NCBI GenBank assembly: GCA_030390025.1
Contig: JASTWF010000342.1
Location: 62,001 to 126,000 of the forward strand
DNA length: 64,000 nt
Direction of reading: 5' to 3'
Origin: Squalus acanthias
Lineage: Eukaryota
Shown: one piece after another, positions 9,801 through 19,472 of the stretch
How the letters are laid out: every line of letters begins with the position of its first letter
Position numbering within the stretch: position 1 is the stretch's first letter
Translations under genes and position numbers: made by a program
The notes under the pieces: model-generated
The model's database searches: none
The model's input: only the letters and a program-made list of their open reading frames with translations
Told to the model about the DNA's origin: nothing

Positions 9801-11397
9801 TTATAAGTACTGCCTCGTCCTGGTGGATGTGTTTTCCAAGTGGGTGGAAGCCTTCCCTTGTCGAACAGCTACGGCACTGGGTACAGCAAAAATCTTGGTC
9901 CGGGAAGTGTTCTCGCGGTGGGGACTCCCCCGTTTCGTGGAGTCAGACCAAGGGAGTCATTTCACCGGCCAGGTGATGCAGAACACCCTCATGCTTTTGG
10001 GCATTGAAGGGAAGTGGCACGTAGCACACAATCCCCAGTCATCCGGGATTGTTGAACGTATGAACCGGACCCTGAAGGAGAAATTGAGGAAAGAGACTAG
10101 GAACTCGCCCCAAAAATGGGCGGAAGTTCTGCCTTTAGTCCTCATGGGGGTCCGGGCCAGTCAGTCAAAAAGTACGGGGTACTCCCCGCACGAGGTAATG
10201 ACCGGCAGGCTCATGCGAACCCCCACCCATGTGCTCACCCCGGTGCTCACTGAGGGTCAGCTTCAAGAGATCAGCAGGGACAAGTTCGCCCAAACTCTCT
10301 TGGAGCGCCTGAAGCAAGTTTATGAGCAGGCGGCTGGGAACATGGGAAGGCAGCACCAGGGCAATCGCTTGTTGCTGGAACCCCGCAAAACGCGGGAGTG
10401 GGAAGTAGGAGACCAGGTCATGGTCAGAAACTACGCCAGAGTAGGGAGTCTGGAACCACTGTATATGGGACCCTACAACATTGTAGACAAGGCAAGTCCC
10501 ATGGTTTACGCCGTAAAAGTACCTCGGCGCACTAAGTGGTTCCACATAAACCAATGTAAACTGTACCAGCCGGGTGCGCAAGGGAAAACTACAGGGGTAA
10601 ATCCCGCCAATGGGAAAACACAGCCCCAGGTAGGACCACAAGGCACACAGGCAGGCGTAGCAGCTTGCATCAGGGGAAGGGACATCCCGGACGATCATGC
10701 AGCGTTTTTCTGGAGTTGGGGGTTAGATGACGAGGACCCCAGGGTACCCTGGTCAGATGAGGATAGTGCAGATGAGCATAGTGATGATGACGGGTGGTTT
10801 CAGAGGAACGGTCTGGGAGGATTGGGGCCGCTAGGTAGAGATCCATACGGGGTGGACACACAAGCTGCAGGTCCCGACAGCAGGAGGAAGGAGCTGGAGG
10901 AGGCCGGGCCAGCCGCTATGTGGTTCCCAGAGGTGTGGCCGCCCGCTTTGAACGTCCAGTCCTCAGGGGAGGCAGAGTTCGCGAGTGAAGGGCCGCCTGC
11001 TGGGCCGAGCAGGGCGGGGCCCCGAACTGCCAGCCCCGAGGTTAGGGAGGCGGAGTCAGCGGAGGCGGGGCTGGCGCCTGTGATGGAACCCCAGGTCATC
11101 CCGTTGAAGGTCTCGGGACCCGGTCCGTCCGTCACGGAGCCCCCGCCCATAGCAATTCCCCGTAGGTCAAGCAGAGTACCCCAGCCCAGGAAGATGTGGT
11201 CAGGTCCACAGGCTGCCCCAGGGCGTAAGTTTCAGGTTAAGATAACCCGGGTAGAGACAGGCCACATCGAAGCAGTAACAGGCTGCGGCAGATCAGAGGA
11301 AAGGGTCAGCGCAGCAACAGGCTGCGGCAGATCAGAGGGAAGGGTCAGTGCCCTCCCACCGTCGGGAAGAGCTCGCAGCAGCCTTCTCAGGATTTAA
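6895..11397 (+). CDS. pol: Pol polyprotein (PR-RT-tether RNase H-RNase H-IN), in frame with gag
   Basis: LLDTGAS protease (about 7000); LPQG and YVDD (7960-7971) RT; degenerate RNase H about 8390-8720; second RNase H IYVDGS..AQQAEL..SDS..HKVKAH..GNRQAD about 8845-9270; HHCC and D,D35E integrase; GPY motif. No stop between gag TGA and 6955. Confidence 0.95.
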   Translation, partial: LEPAQPVYLCPLSYDAWRRPVVEMEVEKQKGSYLLDTGASCTIIHTDDPFDSPLSTKVPFTLAGFTGKEQAGTFSLPLSIRLGTLRLKWKCILMAWQKGGGRGILGSDLLAGHGILVDLRNHCLWGAKGEKGEVMVIQGEEETGVLCTVQPSGGYDLRLMVADVPTDMQTYVTDNMHAFATHKHDCGRVVGFEVSVDGDPMTRPQKQYNFPKEAEPDMEAAMSSLVQQGVLRPIATHVNSPLWPVRKPDNSWRATVDYRVLNSNIPACAPTVAAVADLIGSIPASATTFTVLDISNGFWSIPLRREDQYKFAFTFKGQQYTWNCLPQGFHNSPSIFHQCMAGSLKEFSQPNQIVQYVDDLLLFTDSREEHGPLLDELLELLARKGFKVNPKKARIGQQEVKFLGLTLRAGERAIDKARRESVQELPIPNNVRGVRSFLGLTGYCRDFIEDYAATAAPLLRLLHKGVEWLWDEGCQAAFEKLKRDLQTAPALGAIDGGKEFFLEVAASGDSLSAVLLQERHGKLRPVVYSSRVLTDVERSFSNCERHLLATHWAVKRSAIFTGLSPITLLTHHTPTKMLLDGRIKDGTVSSARIARWTLLLSQLDIRVKGLCEPRLAANLVYPGTAHRCSVEGVWDVNIGLRAGIHPTGREIYVDGSSTVSAGERLTGCGVYDPAADLALAIKLPSTMSAQQAELSAVVYVVTHPDIFPTPYTICSDSMFTCNSCTEYLAIWSRRGYTSADGRPLTVKPLLEKILAAAVGEEGEIFIHKVKAHSSTEPRGEGNRQADALAREGARDGTFWNPYRTGPIAAVRGGDGNTGNTRVALPLDLKTVQAQDPALKAVLKTIAEGRQVEGPYSTATLSVKEGMLFREEQWVVPQQHRREFLQLAHEGPGAGHPGPEVTWQRVEQAGWWPGLREQVREFCANCLVCAANNPDPQKRKVPMGHVRRVEGPWQSIQIDYIGPLPTTQGGYKYCLVLVDVFSKWVEAFPCRTATALGTAKILVREVFSRWGLPRFVESDQGSHFTGQVMQNTLMLLGIEGKWHVAHNPQSSGIVERMNRTLKEKLRKETRNSPQKWAEVLPLVLMGVRASQSKSTGYSPHEVMTGRLMRTPTHVLTPVLTEGQLQEISRDKFAQTLLERLKQVYEQAAGNMGRQHQGNRLLLEPRKTREWEVGDQVMVRNYARVGSLEPLYMGPYNIVDKASPMVYAVKVPRRTKWFHINQCKLYQPGAQGKTTGVNPANGKTQPQVGPQGTQAGVAACIRGRDIPDDHAAFFWSWGLDDEDPRVPWSDEDSADEHSDDDGWFQRNGLGGLGPLGRDPYGVDTQAAGPDSRRKELEEAGPAAMWFPEVWPPALNVQSSGEAEFASEGPPAGPSRAGPRTASPEVREAESAEAGLAPVMEPQVIPLKVSGPGPSVTEPPPIAIPRRSSRVPQPRKMWSGPQAAPGRKFQVKITRVETGHIEAVTGCGRSEERVSAATGCGRSEGRVSALPPSGRARSSLLRI

Positions 11398-11651
11398 AGG
11401 GGCCGCCCTGAGAACGGGCGGCATTGTAAAGTATTAGTTTAAGGTTAAGTTTTAAGTTTATAGTTCAAGGTTAAGTTTTAAGTTTTAATAAGGTTAAGTT
11501 TGTAGTGTTTTTAACAGATAACGACAAAATGATGGGAGTTTTAAGGCTAGGTTTAGAGGAAGTCTATTTAGCAAACGTTGAAGTTTACGTGAGGCGAGGT
11601 CAGGGGACCCGCTCACCCTTCACAAAAGCCAGAGACTTTTTGCGAGGCTGG

Positions 11652-11675
11652 CTACCTCATTCTATCTGATCACAG
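11652..11675 (+). promoter_or_regulatory. Candidate env splice acceptor
   Basis: Pyrimidine-rich ctacctcattctatctgat followed by CACAG, 13 nt upstream of the env ATG. Confidence 0.5.
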
Positions 11676-11688
11676 GAACCAAGGAAGG

Positions 11689-14040
11689 ATGGAACGACTT
11701 CTAGTTTTGCTCGTGGCAATCGGATGTGGATTGGCCTATCGGGGCCTCACCAAGGATGTCGTGGTGTTTGGATGTTCCGGGGACACGGCCCCCATCGCGG
11801 TGGATGGGACCGGAAGACGGAAGGCAGAAGGGACCAGCACCTATTTCCACAAGGGAAGGTGGCCAGGATGGCTGGGAACGAACTCAACGGAGTATTCCAG
11901 CACATCGGGGTTCGCCTATAAAGAGACTTCTTTAATGTGCCCCAAAGTACGGATCATCGCACCCAGGATCAGCGTCACCGTCGGCAAACGGATTTGTTTG
12001 ACCTGCAGTGGGAATGTCCCATTGAGCCGATGGTGGTGGCTGCGAAAGCTGAGCAAAACTATGAGGAACTCTTCGGTTGAGTGGGAGCGACTGGGTAATA
12101 ATACCCATCGGACAATTACGGGGACAGACGGACAAGTGAAAGTCTGTTGGGACAAATGGTGGGAACCAGATGAGGGGATTTATGTTTGTATGTGGGGGTC
12201 AAAGTACGTTTGCCCCAAAGGCATCTCCATATTCTTTATTAACCAGTGGCAGGATAACGGACAGGGGATGAGGTGGGATGCGAGCACCAGGGGGTGCGGA
12301 GCCCCATACTCTCCGATCCCAGTAAATGCCACTGAGCTCATTACGCGCCCACGCAAAGCCCCGCCCACGATTCCGGTGGTTGTAACTGAGGAAGAAGGGT
12401 GCCCTAAAACTAGTAAGGGACCCGGGAACGGTTTGGTACTGGTCCCCACAGACCAGATACTATTTCAGGGAGTGCATTACGCGGTGGCCTCGGTGATTTT
12501 AAATCTCACTGAGGTACGGTTACCAGAGTGGTGCCCCAAAAAGACGGAACAGTTGTACCAGGTCCTGTTGACCAAGATGTTCAGGCAATTTTACGAGTTT
12601 GATTTTGCAGAAATTGATAAGACAAGTTTATACACCGCACCGCAGGAAGTTTTGGACCAAGTAGGGAGGCAAAGAAGGGGTTTGGTGAACGATGCGTTCA
12701 CTGCTTTTAACACAGGGACATCTGTGGTCAACGCTCTAGACAGTGTGGAGCTGCAGACCCAGATTAATGGTTTAAAAACACAGTTAAAGGATATTCTTAC
12801 AGATGAGAATAAAGTGGTAGGGTCAGGTCTGCACGAGGACCAAGCCATGACACTACACTTAAAAGAGATCATAGCAGAGCTGGAGAAACATGCGCGTACG
12901 GTAAATGCCCTGATTAGGGAAGATCGGAATGCATCCGATCAAGCTGCGCAGAACGAGGTGTGCGTGCTTTACGGGGCGTGGTTACTGGGCGAGGGCCGCA
13001 GTAATTTGGAGGATTTAAAACAAGGTTTGGTCCCGTCCTGGATAAGTAACAAACACCTGCGGGCGCTCCACCCTTTTCAGAACGCATTAAGTCCGTGCCA
13101 GCTCAGGCTAGCTTCAGAAGCTTACCCAGTCCCCGTGGACTGCGGACGTTCAAACCATACTATTATGGGAATAGTATTACGCATGCCGGTTTTGGGCAAC
13201 ACAGCAAAGCCCGCCCCGGTGTATCGGGTAGAGAACATTGGTGTCATTCAGGGGGGAGCCCACATTCGTTATGCAGCGGTTCCACCTTACGTCATCCGCT
13301 GGGAGCAAACGATGACAGGTACAGATCTCTCTGGTTGTCGTGGCAGGGGAGCACACATAATACTGTGCCCCCAGCACTTGAATGCCTTTTTAACACCACA
13401 GTGCGGGTTCAGAACGGCTGGCGCCAAGTCCATGAATTGCACCATGGAGGCAATGGCACAAGATCATGTGCCTCCGCAGGTAGCATACATCGGGGGTGGA
13501 ACATATTGTGTTACCACTGCAGCGCAACACTACCAGCATGGAAACCGTAGCCGGTGTCCGGTGAGTGACAGCAGTTTCTGTTTTAAACCCAGGGCTGAAG
13601 TTCAAGTAGCACAACAGCGAATTATCCCAATCCCTGAACCATCCACTGTTCATCTCACAGTAAAAGAGAATTTTACCGACTTGCAGCGATTTGTCGCACA
13701 TTTTGGGTACCTCATTCCCCCTCTCCCCGAGCATTTAACCAAACTTCTGAAAGCCGTCGCGGTGTCACAAAAGCATTTCTATACATTAGAACAGAAAACC
13801 GTCGAGATAGGTACAGACATTTTGGACATAGTGGTTCCACCGTGGTGGAATCTGTTCACGAATATTGAAGTGCCCTCATGGGTCAGAATAGCCTCCCACA
13901 TTTTAGTCGTCTGTCAAGTGTTTATTGTAGTATACCTTTTGTTCATACATTGTAAAAGAGACAAGCGCCTCACCAAGCATGAGAACACGGGAGAGTGGCG
14001 AGAACGTTACGTGCGCGTGCACGACGAGAGCGCCGTGTAA
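11689..14040 (+). CDS. env: Envelope glycoprotein (783 aa): signal peptide, Ig-like domain, furin site, F-type class I fusion ectodomain, TM anchor
   Basis: Hydrophobic N-terminus MERLLVLLVAIGCGLA; LTC..WWW..DEGIYVC Ig signature; RQRR at 12667-12678 followed by GLVNDAF... and heptad-like region; Cys-rich segment; TM helix about 13888-13953; several N-x-S/T sequons. Confidence 0.9.
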   Translation: MERLLVLLVAIGCGLAYRGLTKDVVVFGCSGDTAPIAVDGTGRRKAEGTSTYFHKGRWPGWLGTNSTEYSSTSGFAYKETSLMCPKVRIIAPRISVTVGKRICLTCSGNVPLSRWWWLRKLSKTMRNSSVEWERLGNNTHRTITGTDGQVKVCWDKWWEPDEGIYVCMWGSKYVCPKGISIFFINQWQDNGQGMRWDASTRGCGAPYSPIPVNATELITRPRKAPPTIPVVVTEEEGCPKTSKGPGNGLVLVPTDQILFQGVHYAVASVILNLTEVRLPEWCPKKTEQLYQVLLTKMFRQFYEFDFAEIDKTSLYTAPQEVLDQVGRQRRGLVNDAFTAFNTGTSVVNALDSVELQTQINGLKTQLKDILTDENKVVGSGLHEDQAMTLHLKEIIAELEKHARTVNALIREDRNASDQAAQNEVCVLYGAWLLGEGRSNLEDLKQGLVPSWISNKHLRALHPFQNALSPCQLRLASEAYPVPVDCGRSNHTIMGIVLRMPVLGNTAKPAPVYRVENIGVIQGGAHIRYAAVPPYVIRWEQTMTGTDLSGCRGRGAHIILCPQHLNAFLTPQCGFRTAGAKSMNCTMEAMAQDHVPPQVAYIGGGTYCVTTAAQHYQHGNRSRCPVSDSSFCFKPRAEVQVAQQRIIPIPEPSTVHLTVKENFTDLQRFVAHFGYLIPPLPEHLTKLLKAVAVSQKHFYTLEQKTVEIGTDILDIVVPPWWNLFTNIEVPSWVRIASHILVVCQVFIVVYLLFIHCKRDKRLTKHENTGEWRERYVRVHDESAV

Positions 14041-14451
14041 TAGGAAAATGGCGTCACTCCCGCTCGCCACGTGCGCCGCGGAAGTTTGTACTCATTGTAA
14101 ATACGTTGGAAACTCGACATGTTTAAGAGTCGGGATTTGTTTATTTTGGTGATGGTGTTGATTGTTTGGTTTTTGGGTTTTGTTTTTCCTTCCCTTGAAT
14201 AAAAGACAAATATACAGGTGATGCGTGAGGTATCGGCCTGGTTACGCCGGGAAGGAAAACAAGTGGTGTAAGTTTAAGGGCAAATGATGCCTACGGTGAT
14301 ATAAAATGTGATTTTCTTGGGAAATAAGGACGACACAGAGACCCTAGTGAAGTTAAAATTTATGGGATTAATTTACTGGATTCGGAGTGAAATCGAGATA
14401 AGATTGCTCACCACTGAGATTTTTGATACGATAAGCGGAGTTATTCGCATC

Positions 14452-14463
14452 AACAGGAGGGAC
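14452..14463 (+). promoter_or_regulatory. Polypurine tract
   Basis: aacaggagggac immediately before the TG of the 3' LTR. Confidence 0.55.
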
Positions 14464-16059
14464 TGTAGAATTCGCAATTATCGCGATTTCATTTTTAATA
14501 AGGAGAAAACACAAAGTTTCGTTCAAAACAGCTTTTATTTCAGCAGAATGCTGTCAGGTTTAAATTGGACACAAGCAGCCTGTAAAATGGCCGCCGCACC
14601 GCGTGACAGAACATTCTAGACTTTTCAGCAGGCAGACAAGATGGCGTTCCAATAAACATTCTTGCAGGATCGATAACGTTTCAGCACAGTGAAGACAATA
14701 CACAGGACATTATGGGTTTACAGTATAAACATCGATACTGGAATCGGTCTCCCAGGTACAAAGGAAAGCCATCAAAGGCCCATCCAAAGGACATTAATAT
14801 GTAAACTCCCAACGGCTCTACGATGAGAGAGCCGTTAGCAGGTAGTTATACAGGACACTTGGAAGCCCCAAACCCCTCCAGGGGGAACACCGACCGATTT
14901 AACAATGGGAGAAATATTAACAGGTACTCAAACATTCAGGAGTAGCCCCGAAACCCATTAAGGACAGAGATCACCCATACAGGACATTTTGGGCGCCAAA
15001 CCTTAAACAAAAGAATGGACATTGTAGTTGGGCGGGAAACGGAAGAACTGTGCACTATAATTGCAGGCCCAAACCGTCCATTCGCTCTCTGGCCTCTTGC
15101 TCTTGCTCTTGCCTCGTGTTCTTGACTCTTGCCGCTTGTTGCTGTTATCATCGTGGCTGCTCCTGTGTAAAAGACTGTTGCAAAGACCTATGTTGGTAGC
15201 TGGCAGCGGAACCGAAGGCCCGGGATGAGATGAGATGAGATGAGATGAGAGGAGAAGAGAAGAAGACCTTATCCATCGCCACGGTCAGTAGATCCCGACC
15301 GCGCCTGTAGGTCGATCAGCCAAGCCTTCTCGACAGGAAGTTTTTTTCTTTAACAAGACATATTGCATCGACGATAACTGGACTGTGCAAACACATCGTA
15401 TCAGCGATATTGACAACGGTGCTCCACCATACCTTGTATCCAACCAACAGAGGTCTTCACTACAGCGGACGGTCCAGCCGACTGACCGAGCAGCAGAAGC
15501 AGTAAACAAGTGGGACCAGGAGATCTCCTGACCAACACGTGGGTGCTGCGGTGAAAAACATCCGATCAGCTATTCGGGATTTCTCCGAGTTATTACGAGT
15601 GGTGAGCATGAGTCTCGGGATCCTACGAAGCTAGTTTAGGATAGACATTGATAGGGGAGGGTTTAAAGATTAAGGATATTTGTAATGTGTGCCCTATTTA
15701 CGTTGTGCTGGTCGTTCCTCGTTTCCCTAAGAGTGATTATAACTGTTTGTAAGATTGTACTGTCATTAATCTGTGCATATGACATGTATTCCATAATTTT
15801 AAGTATCATGCAATAAAGATTTTCCATTTCGTACCGTTCAAACCAAGTCTACATGAGTTTTATCTCCATTACTGCTCTCGCATCTAAGTCCAGTGTCTAG
15901 AACCGTAAGGGAGAGTGATTCGAACCACTCACAGGGGTGTCTAGTGTTCCCAGACTGGCTGGAGACCAGGCCTAGACCCGCACTGACATACAGGCTGCAC
16001 AGAGCCGCGTGAACCTCACAGGCTACGAGACACGCAGGGTCAGGAGAGTATCCCTTACA
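14464..16059 (+). repeat. 3' LTR (1596 bp)
   Basis: Direct repeat of the 5' LTR; one difference seen by eye (A3698 vs T14679). Confidence 0.97.
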
Positions 16060-16439
16060 GGATGATTCTGAGGCAGGGACTTGTTAGAATTTGCTTTGTA
16101 TCAAGTGTCCCAGCAAAGTTAATCACATCTCAAGGTCATTGTCAGATAAGGATTTGTGTTAATATCGGAGGTTAGCTGGAACAATGGAGGGCAGAAAACT
16201 GATGAATAGACCAGCCAGTAATCATATTAACTATCTGGGATTGTCCAGGGCATCTCCTGTTCCTTTGTAATGTCCAGCACATAACATCAGGTTAAATTGA
16301 TTAGCAGTTAAACCATCAAGATGACCGTTATGTCAACATCTGGAGGTTTGGTGAGAAGGAACCTCACTTCAATATACATTATGGGCATCATGTGATATGA
16401 CTCACGGTAAATGGAAAGGTCCTTTAAGGATGCATGGAA

Positions 16440-17680
16440 GGACAAACCTATTGGAGTTCTTTGAGGATGTAACTAGTGGAGTAAACAAAGGGGAACCGGT
16501 AGATGTGGTGTATCTGGATTTTCAGAAGGCCTTCGATAAGGTCCCACACAAGAGGTTGGTGAACAAAATTAGGGCACATGGAATTGGGGGTAATATTGAG
16601 AATTGGTTAACAGACAGAAAATAAAGAGTAGGGATAAACGGGTCTTTTTCAGGATGGCAGGCTGTGACTAGTGGGGTACCGCAAGGATCGGTGCTTGGGC
16701 CTCAGCTATTCACAATCTATATCAATGATTTGGATGAGGGGACTAAATGTAACATTTCCAAATTTGCTGATGATACAAAGCTAGGTGGCAGTGTCAGTTG
16801 CGAAGAGGCTGTGAAGAGGCTTCAAGGGGATCTCGACAGGTTCAGTGAGTTGGCGAGAACATGGCAGATGGAATATAATGTGGATAAATGTGAAGTTAAC
16901 CACTTTGGTAGAAAACACAGAAAGGCAGAGTATTTCCAAAATGGTGAAAGATTGGGGAATGCAGATGCTCAAAGGGTCCTGGGTGTCCTTGTACATGAGT
17001 TACTGAAAGTGAATGTGCAGGTGCAGCAAGCCATTAGGAAGGCAAATGGTATGCTGGCCTTCATTACAAGAAGATTTGAGTACAGGAGTAAAGAAGTCTT
17101 ACTCCAATTATATAGGACCTTGGTGAGACCACACCTGGAGTACTGTGTACAATTTTAGTCTCCTTACCTAAGGAAGGATATACTTGCCATAGAGGGAGTG
17201 CGAGAAAGGTTCACGAGATTGATTCCTGGGATGGCGGGACTGTCGTATGAGAAGAGATTGAGTAAACTAGGCCTGTATTTTCTTGAATTCAGAAGAATGA
17301 GAGCATACAAAATTATTACAGGGCTTGATAGGATGGATGCTGGGAGAATGTTTCCCCTGGCTGGGGAGTCTAGAACCATGTGCCAGAGCCTCAGGATTAA
17401 GGGTAGGCCATTCAGGACTGAGATGAAAAGAAATTTCTTCCCACAGAGGGTGGTAAATCTTTGGAATTCTCTACCCCAGAGAAGCTGTGGAGGCTCCGTT
17501 ATTGGGTATATTCAAAACAGAAGTCGATAGATTTCTGACTAGTAAGGGCATCAAGGGATATGGCGATAGGGCCGGTGAATGGAGTTGAGGCAGAAGATCA
17601 GCCATGAGCTCATTGAATGGCGGAGCAGGCTCAAAGGGCTGAATGGCCTACTCCTGCTCCTATTTCTTATGTTCTTATGT
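16440..17680 (+). mobile_element. 5'-truncated CR1 LINE (RT C-terminal half and 3' UTR), decayed
   Basis: [37 protein letters not shown] motifs with stops; ends in (ttcttatg)n tail. Confidence 0.9.
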
Positions 17681-17829
17681 CATTTGGACATGTGACAGAT
17701 GGGTAAAGAGGGATACATAAGAACGGGTAGCAGCCATCGTGTAGGTAGACCTCACGGGACAGTCGGGAGTCCAACACCTATGGAAGCCAAGCTTGATCAC
17801 CTTGGGTCTGCAGGAAACCAGGTTGTATG

Positions 17830-19387
17830 TGTAAGGGTTTCGTGCCTGTGTCTCAGACGGTGCTGGTGCGAGGTTAGGCCTTCGTTGCCTAATACTATTG
17901 CTTGCTCTGGTCTCCGGCCAGCCTTTTTGCAATAAGCACCTGTGAGTGGTTCGACCCACTCACCCTTACGGTTCTAACACTGGACTTAGGTGCAGAAGCA
18001 GTAATGCAGAGAAAACTCAGATAGACCCGATTGAATAGTACGAAATGGAAATCTTTATTGCATAGCGTCCAAAATCATGAAGTACATGTCATAGGCGCAA
18101 ATTAACGAGAGTACAAGTATACATACATTCATAAAGCTTGGTCTATGGTAATGAAGAACGCACGGCACACCGTAAAAAGGGGAACACATTATACTTTATC
18201 CTGAATAAAACCACCCTCCCTTATCAATACCTACACTACGTCTAGATTTGTAGGATCGGAAACATGCTCACCACTCGTGTTACTTCGGAGAATTTTAAAG
18301 TGAGGCACTCGGCTCGTTTTGCTGCAGCGCCTAACTGTCACGTGTTTGGAGGGGTCTCTGTACCCCACTTGTTTATCTTTGCTGCTGCGACAAGCAGGCC
18401 CGACTCCCTGTTGTCATGAAGAAGTCGATGGACCCAAACCGGATCGTGCAGTAACACGTAAAGTTCAACAAAATGAGTTCTGTATTTTCGGGCGCGGTCG
18501 GGGTTTACTGACCGTGGCGGCACGTGGATTCTTCTTCTTTTCTTGTCATTTCGTCTTGTCTCTTCGGGCCTTCGGGTCCAGACACCGTTTACCGACTCTC
18601 GGGATGGTGCACCCGGTCACTTGCCCTTGTCGAGGCGGCTCGTTCCGTTTGAGCTCCACCCAACATTCGAATAACCGACCAGTATGGCTAAAAGTCAAGA
18701 GTCAACAATGTCCAGCCCTAAGGAAGAGCTTCAGCCAGCAGTCGAGCAGTCAGCGCATAAGAGTCCAGCCTGAGTCAAAAGAATAGGAGTCGAATCAAGA
18801 GCATCAGCCGAGATAAGAGCAATAAGAGACCGATGGACATTTGTTCACTACAGTTATAGTGCTGTGTTCCTTTATCTCCCGCTCAAATCTTAATGTTTGT
18901 CCTTTGTGAAATATTGGCGCTTAAAACTCCCAGCATGGGGTGATTCTTGTCTTTAACGGGTTTCGGTAGCACCTGAAACTGGCCAACTACCCGTTAATGT
19001 TTTCCCCATTGTTGACCCAGCCAGAATCGTATGAATCGTCTCCCTGACTGGTTTTGGGGGCCCCCGAATACTTGTTTAATCACCCGTCAATGTCTCTCTC
19101 ATTGTAGAGCCGTGGGGGTATTTGTGTATTGATGTGTCTGGATGGGCCTTCGATTGCCCAGTACAATCGTCCTTACTTGTGCATGGGAAACTATTCCAGC
19201 ACTTATATCTTTGCTATTGTCACAAATGCAAACAGGTTGCATCCTGTCTTTATCAGTGTTTATCGAGTATGATCCAATTTTATATCGAATGTTTATTCGA
19301 TGCCATCTTGTCTGCCCACTGTATTTCTGGAAGCTTCTGCCACGATGCGCGGCGGCCATTTTACAGGCTTCTGTGTCCTTTATTATC
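17830..19387 (-). repeat. Diverged relative of the proviral LTR (second lineage), 5' end lost at the Penelope insertion
   Basis: Minus strand ends ...cccttaca at 17830; shares aaaatggccgccgc, aagatggc, cgagtggtgagcatg, caataaagatttccatttcgtac and the U5 hairpin with the 3483 LTR. Confidence 0.8.
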
Positions 19388-19433
19388 AGAAGTCGCACAA
19401 CACCAGGTTATAGTCCAACAGATTTATTTAATT

Positions 19434-19472
19434 TTACAAGCTTTCGGAGCAGTTCGCTCCTTCGTCAGGTAA
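19434..19472 (-). ncRNA. Minimal hammerhead ribozyme (Penelope)
   Basis: ttac-CTGACGA-a-ggagc(gaact)gctcc-GAAA-gctt-gtaa; stem I compensatory relative to the 3116 copy. Confidence 0.75.

Larger units (their letters stand above)
3483..16059 (+). mobile_element. Intact endogenous retrovirus-like provirus, LTR-gag-pol-env-LTR (lokiretrovirus-like)
   Basis: TG...CA LTRs at 3483-5078 and 14464-16059; TSD GGAT at 3479-3482 and 16060-16063; PBS, purine tract before 3' LTR, three long uninterrupted ORFs. Confidence 0.95.

Noticed and set aside
11225..11230. GTAAGT donor late in pol that might fuse Pol to Env
   Set aside because: Splicing to 11676 from the pol frame would be out of frame with env; no other support.
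14308..14619. ORF running into the 3' LTR U3 (nef/sag-like accessory gene?)
   Set aside because: GTG start with a stop two codons upstream, 103 aa, no motif; no support for coding.
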